64,000 bases of DNA from the IMG/VR virus record IMGVR_UViG_3300042988_001339, positions 3,285 through 67,284 of that record; one strand, given 5' to 3'. This stretch comes from a virus. Below are positions 29,014 through 37,358 of this stretch, piece after piece. The notes beneath the pieces were generated by a model. It worked only from the letters and a program-made list of their open reading frames with translations. It was not told where the DNA came from and did no database searches. A program made the position numbers and the translations under genes. Each line of letters opens with the position of its first letter. Position 1 is the stretch's first letter.

Positions 29014-32000
29014 TTAGATGTCGAGGCAGGCGACGGCGGCGGCGTAGTCGCCGTCTCCGGCTAGTGCGTTCGCGGCCTCCGCGATGTGTGACGCGTGGGC
29101 CTGGAATCCGAAGGGGCGCCAGGGCCTGTCGCCTTTCCGGACGCGGCGGACGAACATGCGGAACGCCGTGGATTCGGCGGCCTTCGCGGTGTCGTCTGCC
29201 CCGAGCGCCTGCAACACGACGTCGAGGCTGGCCGCGAGCTCTGCTCGGACGGCGGGGTTCCCCCGGAGGTCGGCGGGTGCCCACCACGCGAGGGCCTCGG
29301 TGACGTCCCCGTCGGGGTCGTCTGGGTTGGTGACCCACCGGTCGCCGCGGATGTTGACGGCGTCCTCGTCGGGGACCTGGAGGACAACACCGACGTACCC
29401 GCCGGACTGCCAGCCTCCGGTGACGTCCCCGGGTGGGACGTGCATGCCGGTCTCTTCGGCCCATTCGCGGCGGGCCGTTTCCTCCGGGGTTTCGACGCCG
29501 TCCACGCACCCGCCGGGGAGTTCCCACGTGCCGGATGCGGGGTCGCCGTCGGTGAGGGCCCGCTGGAGCATGAGGACCCGCCCGGTGGATCGGGCTTGGA
29601 TGGCGAGGCCGGCGGCGACTACGGGGGCCGGGCCGGTCTCGTCTTCGGGTTGTGCGGCCTTGGCGGTGCGGGGGGCGGGGACCTTGACGGGTTCCTGTTC
29701 CCTGTCCGTGGGCTCGTCGTCCTCGGTGTCGCCCTGGTCGGTGTCGGGGTCGTCGTCGGGCGTATTGCCCGCCGGGGCGGTGAGTGCCGCCTGTGCCGCT
29801 GCGGCGGTCGTGAGGACGGTGTTCGCGCGGTCCGCGATCCCCGCCAACGGGATGACCGTGTTCCCCGCGTACAGGAGCGGCATGTCCGCTTCGGGGACGT
29901 CGAAGCGGGGCAACCCCGCCTCGTCGCGGCCCTCGTTGATGGTTTTCCGTCCGGTCCGCACGCGCTCCGACTCGGCGGCCTCATCGTCCTCGTCATCATC
30001 GAAGACGAACGAGAACTCCAAGGTCTCGGGCATCCCCAGGTACTCGGCGCTGATGGCGTTGATGATGCCAGCCATCCACTTCGCTGTGGGTTTGGTGGCG
30101 CGGCGTTCGTTGCGGCGTTCGTCGCCTTCGTCGAAGCCGGCGCCGCCGAGTCCTCCGGATGGGGGGAATCCGAGTTCTTGTGCGGTGATGTCGAAGTGGT
30201 TCCCGATCATGCGGATCAGGAACAGGTCATAGTCGGGCTTGTACCGGGACTCCAGTGACGGCAGGAGGGTCGGGACGAACCCTGCGGGGAGCATTTTCGC
30301 CCGGTGCCGTTCCGCGATGTTCCCCGACAGCATGTCGTTGAACACGGTCTCGTACGCCCGCAACTGGTCGGGCGTCATGTTCGCATTCACGTTGATCAAC
30401 AGTTCGGGGGCTACCCCGTCGTCGTACTCCGAGTTCATCCACGCGCGCCGCTTCAGGTACAGGTCGGCGTCCTGGATGGCCTGCTCCGTGGGGCCGTACC
30501 CGTAGGGGGTGTGGGTGCGGCGGTTCCGGGGCCGGTAGATGAGGCTGTCCGCGGTGTACTCGCCGTCCGCCTGGTTCGACGCGGTGAACTCGCCGCGGGG
30601 GAACCCGTGAAGGATCTGCTGGTAGGCGGGCCCCTCCTGCGGCGTGGACCCGGTGTGGTCAAGCAGCGGCTTGATGGTGTTACCGCACCACGCCGGACGC
30701 CCGTTGCGGCGGACGTACAGGACCTCATTGGGCACGCTGACGCAGTACACGTCCCCCTCGTAGGGGACGGTCGTCATCGACGTGATCTTGTTGCTGCGTG
30801 CGCGCCGAAGCGAGATGTCGTAGCGGTCCCGCTTGAGCGATCCCGCCCTGCGGTGCACGCCCGCGGAGAACCCGAGCTTGACCGCTATCTCCTGGACGGC
30901 GCCCGCAATCATGGGGCTCGTCGTGGTGATGTAGCGCGCCTTCGGGTCCCCGTGCCCGACCCAGCCGTCACCCAGCCAGTAGAAGTGCAGGAAGATCTCC
31001 AACTGGCGGGCCGACATGTTGAGGATCTCGGACGGGACGGACTTCTCCCACGACTTCCCGAACCGCGCCACATACTCGGCCAGGGTGCGACTGTAGACGA
31101 GGAACCCGCGACCGGACTCAGCCGCAGGTCGCCCCAAGATCCGTGCCAGCAAATCCTTGAACTCCTGGTAGCCCTTGGACTTGGACTCCTGTGAGATGAC
31201 GACCGTCGAGTCGTACTTTCCGTGGGATCCGCGCTTGTCGACGTGCCCCTCCGCAAGGTACATGCCCATGAAGGCGGCGAAGTCGTCGCCGGACATGCGG
31301 AAGTCGCTCGACCGCTTGCCGGCGGCCGGGATGACGAACTCGTCGAGGTCGGGGGCGTCCCATGACGCGACCACGGGGATGCGGGGGGTGTCGCCACAGG
31401 CGAGGGCAAGGGCTTCGGCGGGGATGATGACTTCACCGCGACCCCGGCTTGCGTGGCCGCCCAGCACCCGCGGGAGGGACTCCACGAGCATCCGGTGGTT
31501 TGGCGTCACCAGCAGGTCGATCGCCCGGGACGTGAAGTGGTACATCGGGCCGTCGTGGCGGGCCTTGTGGAAGTAGGTGGCCTGCTGCCATTCGAAGGCG
31601 TGGGTCTTCTGGTTGCGGGTGGCGAACTCGTCGTCCGTCGTGGTGTCGGCAAACTTCACCCAGCCGCGGCGGGTGAGAACCTCGGTGTCGTCGGAGTAGC
31701 ACGACCCGTCCAGGATCGTCAGGGAGTGGAGGTCCCCACCCAACGTCGCCCGCGGGAAGATGCTGAGCGCGTCAAGGACCAGCGCCTCCTCCATCGCGGC
31801 ACCCAGCCAGTCCTCCATCGTCCAGCCCTGGATCTGGTCAGGGTGCTTCCACCACCGCTTGAGGTTGGTGATCTGCTCGGCGTTGTCCCTGCGGAACGAC
31901 CGCTCCCACGCCGCGCGGGACGCGGGCATCGCGGCCCTCTGGTCGGCCTTCGCGTCCCGGTCCCCGGACATGGCTGCGCGGGCCCGGGACGCCTCGACAG

Positions 32001-32505
32001 CAGTCCCGGCGGCCCCCGCCATCGCGGACTCAAACGCACTCTCGGATGCGACGAAGTCCCAGCCGAGTTGGGTGAGCTGGCCCTTGCGGATCTCGATGCA
32101 CTTCCTGATGATCCCCACACCGTCAGCCAACTGCCGCAGGACGGTCCAGGGCATGACCCGGTCCCCGCCCCCCGGCAGGTTGTGCGACACCGCGTACTCG
32201 GAGCGGCGGGGCAGCGGGCGGCCGTCCGCGCCGAGGGGGTCGATCGCTGCGGGCCGCAGCGGGCGGCCCGGCCCGAACGGGACGAGGGGGTCCGTCCAGC
32301 CACCCGGGACGAGCGGCGCGGCCTGCCCGGCACCCCACCCGGGGGACTGCTGGAGCCCGGCCTGTGTCGCCTGCGGCACGAGGTCAGTGACCGTCGCCCC
32401 GCGCGGGGCCTGGATCATCTTGAGGAGTTCGGCGGCGATGGCCTGCGCCGACGGGCCCTGCGGCTGCACGGGCTGGGGGCGGGGAGAGCGGCGCTTCCGC
32501 GACAA
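29014..32505 (-). CDS. Portal protein with intein and C-terminal NUDIX domain
   Basis: DGS|TIKPL portal motif split by an intein; PYGYGPTEQ; TINEGR..GLP; NUDIX box. Confidence 0.9.
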   Translation of the reverse strand: MSRKRRSPRPQPVQPQGPSAQAIAAELLKMIQAPRGATVTDLVPQATQAGLQQSPGWGAGQAAPLVPGGWTDPLVPFGPGRPLRPAAIDPLGADGRPLPRRSEYAVSHNLPGGGDRVMPWTVLRQLADGVGIIRKCIEIRKGQLTQLGWDFVASESAFESAMAGAAGTAVEASRARAAMSGDRDAKADQRAAMPASRAAWERSFRRDNAEQITNLKRWWKHPDQIQGWTMEDWLGAAMEEALVLDALSIFPRATLGGDLHSLTILDGSCYSDDTEVLTRRGWVKFADTTTDDEFATRNQKTHAFEWQQATYFHKARHDGPMYHFTSRAIDLLVTPNHRMLVESLPRVLGGHASRGRGEVIIPAEALALACGDTPRIPVVASWDAPDLDEFVIPAAGKRSSDFRMSGDDFAAFMGMYLAEGHVDKRGSHGKYDSTVVISQESKSKGYQEFKDLLARILGRPAAESGRGFLVYSRTLAEYVARFGKSWEKSVPSEILNMSARQLEIFLHFYWLGDGWVGHGDPKARYITTTSPMIAGAVQEIAVKLGFSAGVHRRAGSLKRDRYDISLRRARSNKITSMTTVPYEGDVYCVSVPNEVLYVRRNGRPAWCGNTIKPLLDHTGSTPQEGPAYQQILHGFPRGEFTASNQADGEYTADSLIYRPRNRRTHTPYGYGPTEQAIQDADLYLKRRAWMNSEYDDGVAPELLINVNANMTPDQLRAYETVFNDMLSGNIAERHRAKMLPAGFVPTLLPSLESRYKPDYDLFLIRMIGNHFDITAQELGFPPSGGLGGAGFDEGDERRNERRATKPTAKWMAGIINAISAEYLGMPETLEFSFVFDDDEDDEAAESERVRTGRKTINEGRDEAGLPRFDVPEADMPLLYAGNTVIPLAGIADRANTVLTTAAAAQAALTAPAGNTPDDDPDTDQGDTEDDEPTDREQEPVKVPAPRTAKAAQPEDETGPAPVVAAGLAIQARSTGRVLMLQRALTDGDPASGTWELPGGCVDGVETPEETARREWAEETGMHVPPGDVTGGWQSGGYVGVVLQVPDEDAVNIRGDRWVTNPDDPDGDVTEALAWWAPADLRGNPAVRAELAASLDVVLQALGADDTAKAAESTAFRMFVRRVRKGDRPWRPFGFQAHASHIAEAANALAGDGDYAAAVACLDI
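30679..31701 (-). mobile_element. Intein (341 aa) with LAGLIDADG endonuclease in portal
   Basis: CYSDDTEVLTRRGW start, VTPNHRM, FMGMYLAEG, WLGDG, end VYCVSVP...WCGN/T. Confidence 0.92.
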
Positions 32506-32547
32506 CGGGTGCCCCCTTCGAGGGTGGTCGGCTTGGGGCCGGGCGGG

Positions 32548-35500
32548 TCAGCGTCCGGGGAGGATGAGGCCAGCGATGGTGACTGTCCCGTCGGGGGCGG
32601 TCGTGATGGGCCCGGGCACGTCCGGGGCGTCCGGGGTGTCCGGGGTGTCGCCGGGGTCGTTGGGGATCGGGATGGATCCCGGGACTCCGGGTGGCCCGTC
32701 GGGGCGGAGTTCCACCGGCAACGCCGCGGGCCCTGTGGGTGCCGCGTGCGGGAGTTCCTTCCCGCACCGGAAGCACGTGGCGCGGCCGGTCGTGTTCGGG
32801 GTCTTGCACTCCGGACACGGCGCACTGAGCTGGGTGAGGAACGCGAGAGCGGACGCGCCACCCGCCAACTCCGTCACCGCCCACACGAACGCATCGAGAC
32901 GGTCCGGGGACCACCCGGAGGTCGGGTTCCACGTGCACAACTGGTCCTCAAGCTCAGACCAGCGGCCGACATGCCGGACCATCTTCCGCTGCGTGAGGAC
33001 CGCGATCGGTTCCGCCCGGACCGCCTTCCCCCGCGACGCGCGGACGACGGTGACAGGCAGGTTCGGGTGCGCGGCCTTGATGGTCGCCTCGACCATCTCG
33101 CCACCGAAGTTGATTTCGGCGCAGATAGCGTCCGCGGTGTGCTTCTCGTACGCGGCGTACACGCGGTCCGCCCACTCGGTGGGTGACCACGAACCCGAGA
33201 GGTCTTCGAGGACGTAGAACCGGCCGTCGGACCCGAGCCCGACGACGACGATCCCGCACTCGCTCTTGCCGTTCGTGGATGACCCGGACGGGTCGACACC
33301 GACAACGACACGGACTAGGCGAACGTCCGGGGGGACACTGCCGACCCGCTGTGCATCGATGACGTCCTGGGACCACAAGGCGCCGGGGATGGCGTCCATG
33401 GCGTCCCAGTCGCCGTCGAGGAGCGCCCGGCGGAGGCGGGAGTCGGGCATCGCTCGTAGCTGCGCGACGTACCCGGGGTTGGACTTCATCAGCCCCGGGT
33501 TGTCCTCGATGGTCGCGGGGAGGAACGCCCGTTTTGGGTGCCAGCCGATGACCTTCCCGTCCTCCACGACGGGCGGTGACCACGGGACGCCCGCGTCCGG
33601 TGGCGCTTGGCCCTTGGCGAGGTCTTCGGGGCGGGGGGACACGAACCGGCGTTTCACCCACCGGAACCCGACGCCCTCAGGGTTCGACGCGGAGATGACG
33701 TGCGCCCGGTGCCCCCGCGCGGACCGGACCCGGCTGAGCATGAACGTGTACTGCGACTCCGTGAACTCGGTGAGCTCGTCGAACAGGAGCAGGTCGAACT
33801 CGGCCGACTTGTAGTTCTGCTCATCGCCCGGGCTGTTGTCGCTGCCCGCGTTCTGGAGGCTGATGAACCGGATCACGGAGGCGTTGGGGAACGTGAACGT
33901 GAAGTCGGTCTTGTTTTCGCGTGCGTGCCCGGCGAGCATCCCGGGGAGGTGCAGGCCGTGGGTCTGCTTCAGCATCGGCAGGGTGCGGCGGACGAGCGCG
34001 ATGTGCGCGCCGGGGTGCGCGACCGCGAAGTCACAGGCGTAGGACCGGAGGAAGAACGAGTTGTGGGTGACGATGTAGTCGTCGGTCACGTACAGGTGGT
34101 TCAGGTTGTCGACCGTGATGCACCGTGAGTTGTCGACCACGGTAGGGACGACGGACACGACGCGATGCCAGGGCTCGTGGTCGCCGCCGTTGAACCCCGC
34201 GACCGCCCGTGCCCGCTTCCGGGGCATGTGGAACAGGTCCACGGTGGCGCGGCCCTGGATGTAGAGCCGGTACGCGAGGCGGCCGGCGCGCTTCTCCCCC
34301 CCATGGGTGTACGTGGTGGTCTTGGTGTTCAGGGTCGCCCGGTAGCCGAGGGACCGGAGGATGGCCTGCATGTCCTTCGCGAGGCGCTCGGACACGGTGA
34401 CGAACTCGACGTGGCCGCGGTCGTCGATGTGCCCGTCGGTGTCCATGAGGCCCTGGACGAACGCGAGCCGGTCGGGGGTGGGTGCGCGCATGATGCGCCC
34501 GGGGATGAACTTCTCCCACGAGTGGAGCCCGTACAGGCCGTCCCGCTTGAGGAGCGTCGCCGCGGACTCGCCGGTCCGCTTCGGGTAGGCCGCGACGAGT
34601 TCGCCGCCCGCGTTGAGGGCGTCATCGAGTCGCTGTGCGGTGGCGGGTCGGGGCCAGACGGTGCCTCGTTCGATGGTTCCGATCGTCCCTTGCGGGGAGC
34701 CGATGAGTGCGCCTAGTTCACGTTGCCCAAGGTTGCGCGCCTTCCGCCACCTCTTCATGGTTGCCGTGAATTCGGCGAGGGCGTCCCGGTCGTCGCGGTC
34801 AGCGCCAGGGCGGGTGATGCTGTAGGTAGGGCAGTGCGCCCCGTTGTCGGTGCCCGTGACCTGCCGCAACTCCAAGCCGTGGGGTAGTTCGGCGCGGATC
34901 CGGTCGAAGATCTCCGGGTCTACCCCGCAGATCGACACGTTGACGGAGATGCTGCCGTCGCCGACGAGCGCGCCGAGCGTGTAGGGGCTGAACGTCGCCC
35001 ACTGCGTTCCGACCCCAGTCATGGTGACGGGGTTCGTGAGCGGCAACTGCACGTAGTGAGGGCGGAGGCCGCGGGCCTTCTCGTCGTCGGCTCGGGCGAC
35101 GAGCCGTGCGAGCTCGACGGTGTTGACGACCTTCGCGCGGGACTGGACCCGCAGGTTCCATTCATCCTCGGGGCGTAGGCCCTTGGGGATGGCTGGCGGG
35201 TCAATCTTCCGGCGCTTCCGTTGGCCCGCGATCGATACGGCCCAGAGGTGCTCGTCGTCGGCCTCGACGGTGGACCCGTCGGCGAGAGTGACCCGGTAGA
35301 ACTGCTTCGGGCCATTGTCGGTGACCTTGATGACGGTGGCGGTGGTCCCGTCGGGGTTGCAGACGGTGTCGCCGACCTTGATGTCACCGAACAGGGTCCA
35401 GCCCTTGGGGGTGAGGATCTTCGTTTCTTGGTCGGGCGTGTACCCGGGCGCGGTGCGGTCCGGGGTCCGGCCGCCTTTGCCGGGGCCGGCGCTTCCCCCG

Positions 35501-35634
35501 AACAGCAACTCGAAGACTTCGCCCGCGAGTTTCACGGCCTGCGCCTGCTTGGGGTGCGGGGTCCAGAACTTCACGGGCTTCGGGTTGAACACGTCCAGAG
35601 CGTGAGCGAAGACATTTGTTTGGGGGCTCTGCAC
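32548..35634 (-). CDS. terL: Terminase large subunit (intein-containing)
   Basis: Walker A GGSAGPGK|S, Walker B LLLFDE, ASNP, VGVDP, PDRLDA. Confidence 0.95.
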   Translation of the reverse strand: MQSPQTNVFAHALDVFNPKPVKFWTPHPKQAQAVKLAGEVFELLFGGSAGPGKGGRTPDRTAPGYTPDQETKILTPKGWTLFGDIKVGDTVCNPDGTTATVIKVTDNGPKQFYRVTLADGSTVEADDEHLWAVSIAGQRKRRKIDPPAIPKGLRPEDEWNLRVQSRAKVVNTVELARLVARADDEKARGLRPHYVQLPLTNPVTMTGVGTQWATFSPYTLGALVGDGSISVNVSICGVDPEIFDRIRAELPHGLELRQVTGTDNGAHCPTYSITRPGADRDDRDALAEFTATMKRWRKARNLGQRELGALIGSPQGTIGTIERGTVWPRPATAQRLDDALNAGGELVAAYPKRTGESAATLLKRDGLYGLHSWEKFIPGRIMRAPTPDRLAFVQGLMDTDGHIDDRGHVEFVTVSERLAKDMQAILRSLGYRATLNTKTTTYTHGGEKRAGRLAYRLYIQGRATVDLFHMPRKRARAVAGFNGGDHEPWHRVVSVVPTVVDNSRCITVDNLNHLYVTDDYIVTHNSFFLRSYACDFAVAHPGAHIALVRRTLPMLKQTHGLHLPGMLAGHARENKTDFTFTFPNASVIRFISLQNAGSDNSPGDEQNYKSAEFDLLLFDELTEFTESQYTFMLSRVRSARGHRAHVISASNPEGVGFRWVKRRFVSPRPEDLAKGQAPPDAGVPWSPPVVEDGKVIGWHPKRAFLPATIEDNPGLMKSNPGYVAQLRAMPDSRLRRALLDGDWDAMDAIPGALWSQDVIDAQRVGSVPPDVRLVRVVVGVDPSGSSTNGKSECGIVVVGLGSDGRFYVLEDLSGSWSPTEWADRVYAAYEKHTADAICAEINFGGEMVEATIKAAHPNLPVTVVRASRGKAVRAEPIAVLTQRKMVRHVGRWSELEDQLCTWNPTSGWSPDRLDAFVWAVTELAGGASALAFLTQLSAPCPECKTPNTTGRATCFRCGKELPHAAPTGPAALPVELRPDGPPGVPGSIPIPNDPGDTPDTPDAPDVPGPITTAPDGTVTIAGLILPGR
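34060..35475 (-). mobile_element. Class-3-like intein (472 aa) with LAGLIDADG and XRE-HTH insert
   Basis: Inserted in the P-loop; ILTPKGW, EHLW, RCITV, VTHN/S; LGALVGDG and QGLMDTDG. Confidence 0.9.
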
Positions 35635-35711
35635 GTTCAGGAGCCTACTATTACTAGGCTAGTTTGCTAGCGTGACGCGGCGACGCCGAACCGGCGAACC
35701 TCGCGGTGCCG

Positions 35712-36248
35712 TCAGGTGATGGTGAGGGTCCCGATGGCCCGGACGGGGATCTCTGGTGAGTCGATGATGCGGATCCAGACGATCCAGAATCCGTGGCCGA
35801 GGTCAGCGGTTTGGCCGGGGCCGACCAGGACGCGGGCGGCGTACTGGACGGGTGGGCCGGTGAGGGTTTCCCAGGTGCCGGGGACCCAGACGGTGACCGT
35901 GGTCCCGTAGGTCGCGGTCCCGTAGGTGGACTGGCCGTAGACGGCCCCGGTGGGTGCGGTGCCGGTGCTGGTCCCGGGGGCGGGGCCCGCGGTGAATGCG
36001 AACTGGGCGGTGCCCGCGGTGGGGTTGACGGGGGCGCCGGCGGTGAGGGCGCGGACCATGACGCGGATCCGTTGGGTGGATGCGCGGTGCATGCGGCGGG
36101 GGCTGGTGGGGTCGGTGGTGAACTGCCATGAGGTGGCGCCGAGGACGGGGGCCCCGCCCCCGGTCCCGCCGCCCCCTCCGGTGCTGGTGGTGTAGTTGCC
36201 GGACACGGTCTGGCCGTAGATGGCCTGTCCGAGCACTGCGACTGTCAC
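35712..36248 (-). CDS. Putative virion structural protein
   Basis: YGQSTYGTATYG repeat; DSPEIPVR; Gly/Thr-rich. Confidence 0.6.
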   Translation of the reverse strand: MTVAVLGQAIYGQTVSGNYTTSTGGGGGTGGGAPVLGATSWQFTTDPTSPRRMHRASTQRIRVMVRALTAGAPVNPTAGTAQFAFTAGPAPGTSTGTAPTGAVYGQSTYGTATYGTTVTVWVPGTWETLTGPPVQYAARVLVGPGQTADLGHGFWIVWIRIIDSPEIPVRAIGTLTIT

Positions 36249-36292
36249 GGGCCGCCCTCCTCGTTGTGTGGTCGGGGGCCCGCGGCGCCGGG

Positions 36293-37216
36293 TTATGACG
36301 CTGAGGCGAGCAGTGCGGCGACGGTGTTCGAGGCCTGGGCGTGGAGCTCGACACCAAGCCTGTCGTAGGACATGGTCGTGCGGCTGCTGGCGTGGTCCAT
36401 GCCGTCTTGGACGACGCGGAGGTCTACGCCCGCCTGGAGCGCGAGCGTCGCGAAGGACCGGCGGAGGGAGTGCGGGCTGACCTTTTTCGTGATCCCTGCG
36501 TCGCGGCAGAGACGCTGGAGCGCCCGGTCTGCCGACCGGCGGGTCATCTGGGTGCCGTCGCGGCGGGTGATGAGCCAGCCCGTGGCGCGCCCGGCGGTGA
36601 CCGCGTCCACGGCCTGCATCACGGGGATGGGGAGCACCTTGACGGACGGTTTATTGCCCTTCCCGACGGTGCGGAGGACCCGGTAGCCGAGTTCAGTGGT
36701 CGAGAGGTCCTCGATGCGGATGGCGCACGTGGCGGAGACCCGCATCCCGACGGTGCCCATCAGGGAGATGAGTGCCCAGTCCGACGGGGACGATGCCCGG
36801 GCGGCCCGCAGCAGCGACCCGAGTTCGAAGCGGTTGAGCCATGTCCTCCGGGACGGATCGTCGTGGATCTCCGGGAGGACCAGGTGGTGTGCGGGCGAGT
36901 GCTCGATGAAGCCGTCGACCACGGCGAGGTCGTAGTAGCCGCTGATGGTGCCCATCCTGCGGACGACGGACGCGGGGGCGTTCTTCCGGTGCTCGACGAG
37001 GTGCACGACGAACGCCTGGATGTGGCCCCGCTTCATCGTGAACGGGTGGAGGCCCCTGGACGCGCACCACTCGAAGAACAGGCGGAGGTCGAGTTGGTAG
37101 GCGGCGCGGGTGTTCGCGTTGAGGAACCGGCCGAGGAACGCCATCGCCGCGAGGTTCGCGGGGTCGTTGAGGGCGTCGTGGGTTTGGGCGGCGGGCAGGA
37201 GGGTAGCGTCGTACAT
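36293..37216 (-). CDS. XerC/D-like tyrosine recombinase 2
   Basis: NTRAAY..DL; GMRVS, GKG, HSLRR, HASSRTTMSYDR. Confidence 0.92.
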   Translation of the reverse strand: MYDATLLPAAQTHDALNDPANLAAMAFLGRFLNANTRAAYQLDLRLFFEWCASRGLHPFTMKRGHIQAFVVHLVEHRKNAPASVVRRMGTISGYYDLAVVDGFIEHSPAHHLVLPEIHDDPSRRTWLNRFELGSLLRAARASSPSDWALISLMGTVGMRVSATCAIRIEDLSTTELGYRVLRTVGKGNKPSVKVLPIPVMQAVDAVTAGRATGWLITRRDGTQMTRRSADRALQRLCRDAGITKKVSPHSLRRSFATLALQAGVDLRVVQDGMDHASSRTTMSYDRLGVELHAQASNTVAALLASAS

Positions 37217-37321
37217 GTCGGGCTCCAGGTTGCTCTGGGGTTCCGGCTGGCCCGGCCAGCGCTGACACGCTGGTCGGGCCTTCCTGTTGTCGCCGGATCG
37301 GACGCGCTGGGCGCGCGTCCG

Positions 37322-37349
37322 GTTCCAAGTAGCCGTGAATATGGGTCGC
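37322..37349. other. Degenerate dif-like site upstream of recombinase 2
   Basis: GTTCCAAGTAG-CCGTGA-ATATGGGTCGC, 11-6-11 layout, weak match. Confidence 0.3.
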
Positions 37350-37358
37350 AGCGAGCCC

